Source of the DNA: Pseudomonadota bacterium
GTDB lineage: Bacteria; Myxococcota; JACRCW01; JAFGSX01
Length of the DNA stretch: 25,451 bases
NCBI GenBank assembly: GCA_043821645.1
Contig: JBDRCO010000015.1
Location: 1-25,451, forward strand
Reading direction: 5' to 3'
The translations under genes were made by a program, and so were the position numbers. Shown here one piece after another: positions 18,025 to 25,451 of this stretch (positions within the stretch are counted from its first letter, which is position 1; each line of letters starts with the position of its first letter). The notes under the pieces were generated by a model. The model made no database searches. It was given only the letters and a program-made list of their open reading frames with translations, and was not told the DNA's origin.

Positions 18025-18295
18025 CGGGTTCCCCCGCAAGAAAAGTTCGATCTTCCACACGCACCGGCTGCGTCTTGCAGCATGTGGTGTTTTGGCGCGC
18101 CATCAATGGGTCGAGGCTCAATGTCCGTCAAGTGAGCACTTCACGTTACGTGCGCACGAGCGCCACGAATCGTGCCCCTGTGGCGCGGGGTGAAACCGAG
18201 CATGGGAGCCCCTCGGAAGCTGCAAGCCGCTGCTCCCGGCGCGGCCACCCTGTTTTCAATGGCCCTTCGCTGGAGGTCCCGGGTCTCCAACGTGA

Positions 18296-18351
18296 TATCC
18301 AATATTATCCTTTAAATTGACCAATCAGCCTAATGTGGATAAATATGGATA
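18296..18351 (+). promoter_or_regulatory. fic promoter/operator
   Basis: Inverted repeat TATCCAATATTATCC (18296-18310) / GGATAAATATGGATA (18337-18351) around TTGACC-N17-TAAATA. Confidence 0.6.
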
Positions 18352-18367
18352 AATTACTGGAGAACTG

Positions 18368-19414
18368 ATGGACCCATTCAAGAACCTCCAGATCACTCCT
18401 GCGCTGCTCAGGTCCATCGCGCGGATCGACGAGTTCAAGGGCCGCTGGTCAGCCCTGGGCAAGCTCGCACCCGAGAGGCTGAGCGCCCTGCGTCGCGTCG
18501 CCACCATCGAGTCCGTCGGCTCCTCCACCCGCATCGAGGGCGTCAAGCTGACGGACGACGAGATCGAGAAGCTGCTTGGTGGCGTCGAGATCCGATCGTT
18601 TCGCACGCGCGACGAGCAGGAAGTCGCAGGCTACTCGGACCTCATGAGCCTGATCTTCGACTCCCATGATGGGATGACGCTGACCGAGAACATGATCAAG
18701 CAGCTCCATGGCGTGCTGCTCAGGCACAGCCACAAGGACCAGCGCCACCGTGGTCACTACAAGACGTTGACGAACAGCGTCGAGGCCTTTGACTCGGACG
18801 GCAGGAGCCTGGGCGTCATCTTCGCCACGGCCAGTCCCTTCGATACACCACACCTCATTCGGGAGCTGGTCGAGTGGACCGCGGCCGCGCTCGACGAGAA
18901 CCGCCATCATCCACTGCTCGTGATCGCTGTGTTCGTGGTCCGCTTCCTCGCCATCCACCCTTTTCAGGACGGCAACGGCCGGCTCTCCCGTGCACTCACC
19001 ACCCTGCTCTTGCTCCGTGCCGGTTACGCTTACGTACCCTTCAGCTCACTCGAACGTGTCGTCGAGGACAGCAAGGACACGTACTGCCTGGCCCTGCGTC
19101 ATGCCCAGGCGACGCTCGACCGTGACGAGTCGCAGCTCGCGGAGTGGATCGCGTTTTTCATCGCCTGCCTGCAAAGGCAGGTCGAGGTGCTGTCGACGAA
19201 GCTTGAGCGCGAGAGGGTCATGGGAGCCCTGCCACCTCTGTCGGAGCAGCTCCTGGGCTACGTGCGAGAGCATGGTCGGCTGACGGTGCGAGACGCCGCG
19301 ACTCTGACCGGAGCCAGCCGCAACACGATCAAGTACCACCTGCAGCAGCTTGTTCGCTCCCAGGTTCTGGCTCGTCGTGGCCAGGGCCGGGGCACGTGGT
19401 ACGACAAGGCGTGA
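18368..19414 (+). CDS. Fic-family protein with C-terminal HTH
   Basis: HPFQDGNGRLSR catalytic motif; N-terminal SSTRIEG inhibitory-type motif; C-terminal wHTH ending GQGRGTWY. Confidence 0.95.
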   Translation: MDPFKNLQITPALLRSIARIDEFKGRWSALGKLAPERLSALRRVATIESVGSSTRIEGVKLTDDEIEKLLGGVEIRSFRTRDEQEVAGYSDLMSLIFDSHDGMTLTENMIKQLHGVLLRHSHKDQRHRGHYKTLTNSVEAFDSDGRSLGVIFATASPFDTPHLIRELVEWTAAALDENRHHPLLVIAVFVVRFLAIHPFQDGNGRLSRALTTLLLLRAGYAYVPFSSLERVVEDSKDTYCLALRHAQATLDRDESQLAEWIAFFIACLQRQVEVLSTKLERERVMGALPPLSEQLLGYVREHGRLTVRDAATLTGASRNTIKYHLQQLVRSQVLARRGQGRGTWYDKA

Positions 19415-19545
19415 CAGGTTCCGAGGCTACTCCACGGAGTCGGCGAACCTTCCACCAAGAGACCCAGGTCCTCTTCGGCGTCCGGCTCCAGGCCTTCTGC
19501 CCATGCACTTCGTGCCTGGCCTCCCCAACCCCTCAAAGCTGCCCC

Positions 19546-19666
19546 CCTGCCGTCCTGCCTACCTGATTGTCCCCTGCCGTCCTGCCTACCTGCCGTCCTG
19601 CCACCTGCCTACCTGATTCTCCCCCTGCCGTCCTGCCACCTGCCTACCTGCCTACCTGATCTGCCC
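19546..19666 (+). repeat. Tandem array of ~8-bp CCTGCCNN / CCTGATTN units (left copy)
   Basis: cctgccgt cctgccta cctgatt... repeated; same units as 24856-25275. Confidence 0.9.
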
Positions 19667-19676
19667 GGCCAAGCCC

Positions 19677-19907
19677 TCAGCTCCCCTCACCACTCCCGCG
19701 CAAGGTCACACCCACCGGCCTGTGCCCCGCGTGAAAGCTGAGCGACAGCGTCAGCACCCCCTGACTCTGGAGCTGTCTCAGGAACTCCCACGGGATGCAG
19801 ACGGGCAGGGGACGGGAGTCCGTGGTCCGGATGTGCAGCCCTTCGGGCAGGGGCTCCAGCTCGTAGCCCTCGTTGAGGAGGTACGTGTCTTCCCGCGATG
19901 CGCTCAT
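19677..19907 (-). CDS. Small hypothetical protein
   Basis: 76 aa; AGGAG RBS; ATGA overlap with the PcfJ-like gene stop. Confidence 0.6.
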   Translation of the reverse strand: MSASREDTYLLNEGYELEPLPEGLHIRTTDSRPLPVCIPWEFLRQLQSQGVLTLSLSFHAGHRPVGVTLRGSGEGS

Positions 19908-21499
19908 GGTGCTCCTGCCTTTCCTTCAACTGCCGTGTCGTCGCCCACAGGCCCAAAAGCGATGCACGCTCCGTTCCCGTTCACCCCGTCGAGCCAGCCG
20001 TCCAGCACTTTTCTGAACCCTGCAGGCAGCAGGGCATTGCGAGGACCGCTCACCTCGACGAAGGACCAGCCTTCATCGCCACGTGTCAGCAGGGCCGTTG
20101 CGTGGTGCTCCTGCCAGGTCGCGTGGATGACCACGTCACCCTCCAGGCCTCCATGAGACGCCACCATGGAGTGGACGCAGTGCTCCATGAGGTAGGACTC
20201 CTTGAGGAGCTGGTCCCAGGTCGTGAACTCCTCGATGACGAGGTCGGGTTGCGTGCAGGGCAGGGCAGGCAGCGCCCCTGCGCCGCAGGGCCCGGCAAGA
20301 AATTCCACGTAGTACTCCAGCAACACCTCTCTCTCCCAGCGGATCATTCTGGACACCAGCCTGTCAGGCGGGGTCGAGAGAACGGGCCAGCGCTTCGTGT
20401 TATCCAGGTAGTGCAGGAACCTCGTCAGCAACCAGCCAAGGCTCGTGCTGTCGTCATGTAGTTGCAGCTCCCCGTCCGCAAATCGCGTGTCCAGGGTGTC
20501 CGCACCGTCGAGATGGTGGTGCATCTTGTCCGCGATCGCCTGCAGCTCGACCAGGTGGCGCGATACGTGGCGAGCAAGCTGCCTTCTTGTCTCCTGCTGG
20601 AATGCTCTGCGCGGATTGCTGGCCAGCGCGAGCGCGGACATGGCCCTGTACCAGACCAGGTTCGTCCTGGGATCTGCCCTGGGGATGTCATCGACCAGGA
20701 AGCCGCGGGAGCTGGGCAGGATGCTTCCTGCTGGTACCAGGGGACCAGCCCTCATCACCAGCAGCCTGCAGGTGCTCCTGTCCCTGTCCTCGCTTTCCGC
20801 GGGCAGAGCGCAGGAGTGCAGATAGACCTCGAGCACCTCGTCGACGAGCTTCCTGAGCACCATCCCATCGACCGCGGCCTTCACCAGCCTGCCTGTGTCC
20901 GGGATCCGTGCCTGTTCGAGCTTGGCCAGCAGGGTCAGCACGCCAGGGCAGGTGTCGACGAGCTGGGCCAGGCGCCCTGTCGGATCCGTGACCAGCAGCC
21001 TGTAGATGTTCCACCGAGCAGCCCTGTGGAACTGGCTTGCGGGCTGCCACGCCTCCCGGTCGACCTGGTGCGCCAGGTGTTGCCTGGCCCTATCGAGGGC
21101 AGGGCGGATCGCCGGGATGGTGAGGAAGGCGCTGGTCCTGCGGGCGAGGCAGGTCGCGAGCAGTGCCACGGCCACGGCGCCTGGACCAGTGTCGGTGCCG
21201 AGCCGCGTCGGCTCTCCGGGGCGAGTGCCGCGGGCTGCATCGCCACCAAGCTCGATCAGGAAGTCCCTGCCCACCCGCAGGTGAGCTTCGAGCCTCACTC
21301 TCCCGCCCTCGAGATAGCTCAGGTAGACGCCCCGGGGCAGCAGGCTCAGGTACAGCTCGTCCCGCCCCGTGAGGCTGGCGAGCCTCGTGAGCCGCCCTGC
21401 ACCGGGTGCGAAATCGGACAGCCCGAGGGTCCTCCCTCCAGGCGTCCAGCCAGGCATGACCTCGGCCAGCAGGCCCTGCGCGGCCAGAAACACGCTCAC
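19904..21499 (-). CDS. PcfJ-domain-containing protein
   Basis: C-terminal LLKESYLMEHCVHSM...ATALL...WSFVEVSGPRN...W matches the PcfJ-like E(G)xxMxHCV...aT...Q..G..N pattern. Start refined to GTG 21499, overlapping the ATPase stop. Confidence 0.8.
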   Translation of the reverse strand: MSVFLAAQGLLAEVMPGWTPGGRTLGLSDFAPGAGRLTRLASLTGRDELYLSLLPRGVYLSYLEGGRVRLEAHLRVGRDFLIELGGDAARGTRPGEPTRLGTDTGPGAVAVALLATCLARRTSAFLTIPAIRPALDRARQHLAHQVDREAWQPASQFHRAARWNIYRLLVTDPTGRLAQLVDTCPGVLTLLAKLEQARIPDTGRLVKAAVDGMVLRKLVDEVLEVYLHSCALPAESEDRDRSTCRLLVMRAGPLVPAGSILPSSRGFLVDDIPRADPRTNLVWYRAMSALALASNPRRAFQQETRRQLARHVSRHLVELQAIADKMHHHLDGADTLDTRFADGELQLHDDSTSLGWLLTRFLHYLDNTKRWPVLSTPPDRLVSRMIRWEREVLLEYYVEFLAGPCGAGALPALPCTQPDLVIEEFTTWDQLLKESYLMEHCVHSMVASHGGLEGDVVIHATWQEHHATALLTRGDEGWSFVEVSGPRNALLPAGFRKVLDGWLDGVNGNGACIAFGPVGDDTAVEGKAGAP

Positions 21500-23646
21500 G
21501 CGCCGAACCCGATGGACCGGATCGGTCCCTTCTTGAAGGAACACTCGTCCGTCAGCCGGCGGGCGATCTCGACGCAGGTGGGCGTCTCGCCCAGGGCGTC
21601 GAGGCGCCTTTTCACGGCGGCGTAGTCTCCGGGAGCGAGCTGGTGCAGGACGCGCACGGATGTGAGCGCCTGCTCCACGTCATCAGCGTCGTGCCTGTCG
21701 CCGACGAAGTATTTTTTGAACAGCGAGCAGGCCTGCTCGGGCCTGAGCCAGTGGAACTCGGCCTTGAACACGAAGCGCCTCAGGGCGGCCTGGTCGATGT
21801 CCTTCCACAGGTTGGTGGTGCACACCGCGATGCCGCGAAAGACCTCGAGCTGCTGCAGGAACTCGTTGACCTGAGAAACCTCCCAGGAGCGGAAGGCCAG
21901 GTTCCTGTCGCGCAGCATGCTGTCGACCTCGTCGAACAGCAGCATCGCCTCGGTATCCGAGGCCTCCTCGAAGGCCCGGGTGATGTTCTTCTCGGACTCC
22001 CCGACCCACATGCTCAGGATGTCGGAGCCGCGCTTGCACACGACCTTGCGCTTCATCCGCCAGGCCAGGTACCTCGCGTACTCGCTCTTGCCCGTTCCAG
22101 GTGCCCCGTACAGGCACAGGGTCACGCCGCGGGGTCCCTCCGGCTTCCACCCTTCAAGGCGGTTCGCCAGACCCTCCAGGTCGTCGCTGCTGTTGAGCGC
22201 GGTGACGTCGAACATCCCGGGGTCGAAGGCCTGCACCAGCGCCGGGTCTTTCCCCGTCATGAGCTTGATCGTGGGCGTCAGCACCTTCTCGATGCTCTCG
22301 ACGCTGGGCTTGCGGTCCGCGGCCATGATGGTCGCGCAGCGAACGGCCGTGGCGAGCTGGGCCGGGCTCACCTCGTGGAGCTCGGCCAGCCTGTCCACGT
22401 CGGCGGACGAGATGCTCGAGCCCTCGCCGAGGTGCCTTCGCAATGCCCGGGCTCGCTGCGCGGCGTTCAGGGGCTTGAACTCGATGACCAGGCTGAAGCG
22501 CCTCAGGTAGGCGACGTCGAAGCGGTCGGTCTCGTTGCTGATCCAGATGGTGGGGAGGGGGTTGTTCTCGAGCTGGTGGTTGAACCACTGCTTCGACATG
22601 TGGCCGGAGGCTCGACCGCCCAGGAAGCCGAGCGGCCCGTCCCTCGAGAACAGGTCCTCCATCTCGTCGAACAGGATGAGGCCGCGGTCCTGGGCCAGCA
22701 GGCTCTGGCTGAGCAGCAGCGAGCGCAGGCGCTCGTTCGGGAGCGGCGACTCGCCCTGCTCGTCGACCCGGCCGGCCTGGTACAGCTCGACACCGAGCAG
22801 CTTGGCCAGGAGCCTCGCCAGCTCTGTCTTGCCTGTGCCCGTGGGTCCGTGCAGGAGGATGTTGATGCCCTTCTCGCGCAGCTTGAGTGCCCCGCCAAGG
22901 AGGGCCAGGACCGAGTCGACGCTGCCTGCCTGGTGCTGGAAATCCGCTCGCTCGAGCGTGGTGTCCGGGGCCCTGTCGAGGAATCGCGCGAGCAGCGAGA
23001 CCCTGTCGAGCCCGGGGGAGGAGAGCGCTTCCAGCAGCGAGGCCTTCAGCTCGATCTTGGAACTCAGGAAGATGTTGTTCTGCTCGACGCTGACGAGCCC
23101 CGAGCTCATCAGCGTTCCAGCCGGGCTCAGGGCCTTGCGCACCAGCTCATGGCTGGCGGCGATGCAGATCCCGATGACCTTCGCGCATCCGCCGAGGCTG
23201 AGGTCGCCCGCGTGGTCGATCAGTTCCTTGAGCTGGGAGTGGCTGTGCACAGCCGCCAGGAAGGTCAGAGCCTGCTTCTCCAGGGGATCGAGGTCCAGCA
23301 CCTGTGCGAGGGCGGCGAGGCAGCCTGCGAAGGGCTCGGCGGGCTCGGGCGGCACCACGGGTGCCTTGCCATGCCTGCGCTGGACCTTCTTGAGGGCGCG
23401 GCTCAGCTCGGCCCGCGTGAGATCGTCGTGAACCAGGCCGTTCTCGATGTCGACCTCGGCAACCGCGTGCACGATGTCGCAATCCTCTATCTGCCGCAGC
23501 GCCTTGCCGGTGAGCTGGCGGAAGGGACCATGCGCGATGAAGTTCAGCGCGTGTATCCTGACGCACTCGTCGAGGGCAGGGTCGATCTGCCCCCCGATTC
23601 CGTGCATGAGATGACCCAGGTGTCTCTTGTATGGGTAGTGTGGCAT
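21496..23646 (-). CDS. AAA+ ATPase with two AAA modules
   Basis: GPTGTGKT / ILFDEMED / YLRRF and GAPGTGKS / LLFDEVDS / TTN / ALRRF. AAGGAG RBS before ATG 23646. Confidence 0.92.
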   Translation of the reverse strand: MPHYPYKRHLGHLMHGIGGQIDPALDECVRIHALNFIAHGPFRQLTGKALRQIEDCDIVHAVAEVDIENGLVHDDLTRAELSRALKKVQRRHGKAPVVPPEPAEPFAGCLAALAQVLDLDPLEKQALTFLAAVHSHSQLKELIDHAGDLSLGGCAKVIGICIAASHELVRKALSPAGTLMSSGLVSVEQNNIFLSSKIELKASLLEALSSPGLDRVSLLARFLDRAPDTTLERADFQHQAGSVDSVLALLGGALKLREKGINILLHGPTGTGKTELARLLAKLLGVELYQAGRVDEQGESPLPNERLRSLLLSQSLLAQDRGLILFDEMEDLFSRDGPLGFLGGRASGHMSKQWFNHQLENNPLPTIWISNETDRFDVAYLRRFSLVIEFKPLNAAQRARALRRHLGEGSSISSADVDRLAELHEVSPAQLATAVRCATIMAADRKPSVESIEKVLTPTIKLMTGKDPALVQAFDPGMFDVTALNSSDDLEGLANRLEGWKPEGPRGVTLCLYGAPGTGKSEYARYLAWRMKRKVVCKRGSDILSMWVGESEKNITRAFEEASDTEAMLLFDEVDSMLRDRNLAFRSWEVSQVNEFLQQLEVFRGIAVCTTNLWKDIDQAALRRFVFKAEFHWLRPEQACSLFKKYFVGDRHDADDVEQALTSVRVLHQLAPGDYAAVKRRLDALGETPTCVEIARRLTDECSFKKGPIRSIGFGA

Positions 23647-23674
23647 GGCGATCTCCTTCGATTGACCTCCACCC

Positions 23675-23706
23675 AGCCTCTCCCCATACTGTGACATCCG
23701 GAGTCA
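23675..23706 (-). promoter_or_regulatory. Palindromic TGAC-N7-GTCAC-N10-GAGGCT, candidate WYL-protein site and ATPase promoter
   Basis: Plus strand tGTGAC-atccgga-GTCATa lies between the divergent ATPase and WYL genes; the -10-like hexamer is about 30 nt upstream of the ATPase ATG. Confidence 0.7.
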
Positions 23707-23784
23707 TACATGAGCCGGGCCCGTCCGCTGGGCGCCTGCGGGCGTTCTGCGCAGCTCCAGGGGACAGGGGGAGGTCAACGACGC

Positions 23785-24819
23785 ATGCCCACCGCGCGCG
23801 CGAAGCCCAAGGCACCACGTCACAGCGGCCTCAAGGAGCAGCTCGTCCGGGCGCTCGCGATCTTGCGGGACCTCGACCGCATGGGCGGCATCGACATCTA
23901 CGACCTGGCAGACCGCCACGGCGTGTCGACCCGGCAGGTGCGCCGCATCATCGACGCCATCGAGGCTTCGGGGGCACCTCTGACCCAGGAGGAGGGGGAG
24001 GGCAGGCGCATGAACTGGCGCGTGGCCTTCAAGGAGAAGACGGCGGAGCTGACCGCCCTCCTCGACATGAGCCACTACCTGGCGCTGCGTGCGTCCATGA
24101 GCCAGGCGGGAGCGACGAAGCGCCGCTCGCCCATGTTCAAGACCCTCGAGGACCTGGCGAGCAAGATAGAGAAGGCTGTCGGCATGGAGGAGCGCGATAG
24201 CCTCAGGGCCATCGACGACTGCTTCCTGTCCCACGAGCGCTTCGGCTACCTCAAGGCGCCCAGGGAAGTGCTGTGGCCTCTGATCGAGGCCATTCGCAAC
24301 AAGCGCGTGTGCAGGGTGATCTACCGGGCCGCCCGGATCGACGCGAGCGACAACGAGTTCGAGCTGCTACCGCTCAAGCTCTTCGTCCACGACGAGGCGC
24401 TCTACCTGCTGTGCCACGTCCTCAAGTACCCCAACGTCACCACCCTCAACCTGCACCGCCTGCGGCAGCTCAAGGTCCTGGAGCGGACGGCCAAGGTTCC
24501 AGACTTCTTCAACCTCGAGCAGTGGGAGCGCCAGGCTTTCAAGCTGGTGACCAACGCCCCTCAGGCCCTCTACAAGTTGCACTTCGACCCCGAGGTGGCG
24601 ATCTACATCCGCGAGCGCGAGTGGCATCCCGGGCAGAAGATCAAGGAACGCGCCGACGGCAGCGTGGAGCTGAGCTTCACCTGCGCCGAGACCTACGAGG
24701 TGGCGTCCTGGGTGGCGTCGTGGCGCAACAACGTCGAGGTCCTCGAGCCAGCCTCCCTGCGCCAGCAACTGGCCAAGCTCGGCGCCTGGATGACCGAGAC
24801 CTACGGGCCGGCCGAATAG
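23785..24819 (+). CDS. wHTH-WYL-WCX transcriptional regulator
   Basis: HTH LADRHGVSTRQVRRIIDAIE; WYL-type PLKLFVHDEALYLL...LNLHRL; WCX-type IREREWHPGQ...VEVLEPASLR. GGAGGT RBS before ATG 23785 (alternative start 23710). Confidence 0.93.
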   Translation: MPTARAKPKAPRHSGLKEQLVRALAILRDLDRMGGIDIYDLADRHGVSTRQVRRIIDAIEASGAPLTQEEGEGRRMNWRVAFKEKTAELTALLDMSHYLALRASMSQAGATKRRSPMFKTLEDLASKIEKAVGMEERDSLRAIDDCFLSHERFGYLKAPREVLWPLIEAIRNKRVCRVIYRAARIDASDNEFELLPLKLFVHDEALYLLCHVLKYPNVTTLNLHRLRQLKVLERTAKVPDFFNLEQWERQAFKLVTNAPQALYKLHFDPEVAIYIREREWHPGQKIKERADGSVELSFTCAETYEVASWVASWRNNVEVLEPASLRQQLAKLGAWMTETYGPAE

Positions 24820-24855
24820 CTCTACCGCCCACCAGCTCCAAGCCTCTCCCTCCTC

Positions 24856-25275
24856 CCTGCCCACCTGCCATCCTGCCCACCTGCCATCCTGCCCACCTGC
24901 CGTCCTGCCTACCTGATTCCCTCCTGCCCACCTGCCGTCCTGCCTACCTGATCCTCCCTGCCCACCTGCCGTCCTGCCCACCTGCCGTCCTGCCCACCTG
25001 CCGTCCTGCCTACCTGATTCCCTCCTGCCCACCTGCCATCCTGCCCACCTGCCGTCCTGCCTACCTGATTCCCTCCTGCCCACCTGCCTCCTGCCCACCT
25101 GCCGTCCTGCCTACCTGATTCCCTCCTGCCCACCTGCCTCCTGCCCACCTGCCGTCCTGCCTACCTGATTCCCTCCTGCCCACCTGCCGTCCTGCCAACC
25201 TGCCTACCTGCCTTCTTGCCTACCTGCGACCTGCCGCCCTGCCTACCTGATCTTCCCTGCGCACCTGATTCCCCC
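24856..25275 (+). repeat. Tandem array of ~8-bp CCTGCCNN units with a higher-order unit (right copy)
   Basis: Recurrent cctgcccacctgccgtcctgcctacctgattccct, with no unique spacers. Confidence 0.95.
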
Positions 25276-25304
25276 TTGCACCTTGCGGCCGGAGGAAGGA
25301 ATTT
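25276..25304 (+). promoter_or_regulatory. Candidate leaderless promoter
   Basis: TTGCAC-N17-GAATTT-N6-ATG, directly abutting the repeat array. Confidence 0.5.
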
Positions 25305-25310
25305 ATCGCC

Positions 25311-25451
25311 ATGCGAGACCACACGAAGCTCAGAGCGTTCGAGTTGGCGGACTCCCTTGTGCTGGAGGTCTACAAGGCCACGAAGGATTTTCCACGAGAG
25401 GAGATGTACGGCCTGACCTCCCAGGTCAGGCGTGCCGCTGTCTCGGTTCCG
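25311..25451 (+). CDS. Four-helix-bundle protein (23S rRNA IVP-like family), runs off the right edge
   Basis: Not in the ORF track. [47 protein letters not shown] has the FP..E.YGL.SQ.RRAA.S.P signature. Confidence 0.92.
   Translation, partial: MRDHTKLRAFELADSLVLEVYKATKDFPREEMYGLTSQVRRAAVSVP

Noticed and set aside
21643-23694. 683-aa + strand ORF
   Set aside because: Antisense shadow of the AAA ATPase, with no motifs.
24273-25148. Repetitive ORFs (PTCRPAYL / GRQDGRWAG)
   Set aside because: Translations of the DNA octamer array, open in several frames and overlapping the WYL gene.
24856-25275. CRISPR array (a ~35-bp unit recurs)
   Set aside because: No unique spacers; the intervening sequence is made of the same 8-mers, and there are no cas genes in the window.
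25311-25451. Diversity-generating retroelement (Avd-like protein)
   Set aside because: No reverse transcriptase or adenine-mismatched TR/VR pair is seen in the window; sequence beyond the edge is unknown.

Overview
GC-rich accessory/defence-island-like window. The Cys-rich exported proteins and FHA protein suggest a Myxococcota/deltaproteobacterial host (inference). Left to right: an IS91-family transposase running off the left edge, next to the 3' remnant of a DUF2779-like gene; a hicAB toxin-antitoxin pair; a 519-aa hypothetical; a Cys-rich exported protein; a DUF429-like nuclease; an FHA protein; two AAA_14/DUF4143 ATPases; a truncated lytic transglycosylase; an AT-richer two-gene insert (PA14/BACON-like exported protein plus membrane protein); an ArdC-like protein; a third AAA_14/DUF4143 ATPase; small ORFs and an orphan divergent mraZ; a receptor-L-repeat lipoprotein; a Fic protein; then a WYL regulator divergent from a coupled dual-AAA ATPase / PcfJ-like / small-ORF operon, bracketed by CCTGCCNN tandem arrays; and a four-helix-bundle gene running off the right edge. 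The main unexplained signal is a fixed-spacing motif, NG(A/T)C-N7-GTCAN-N10-NANNNT, found in the sense orientation upstream of six (possibly seven) scattered genes. Its best palindromic copy lies next to the WYL gene, suggesting a PafBC/DriD-like WYL-activated regulon. All family calls come from motif recognition by eye; no searches were run.
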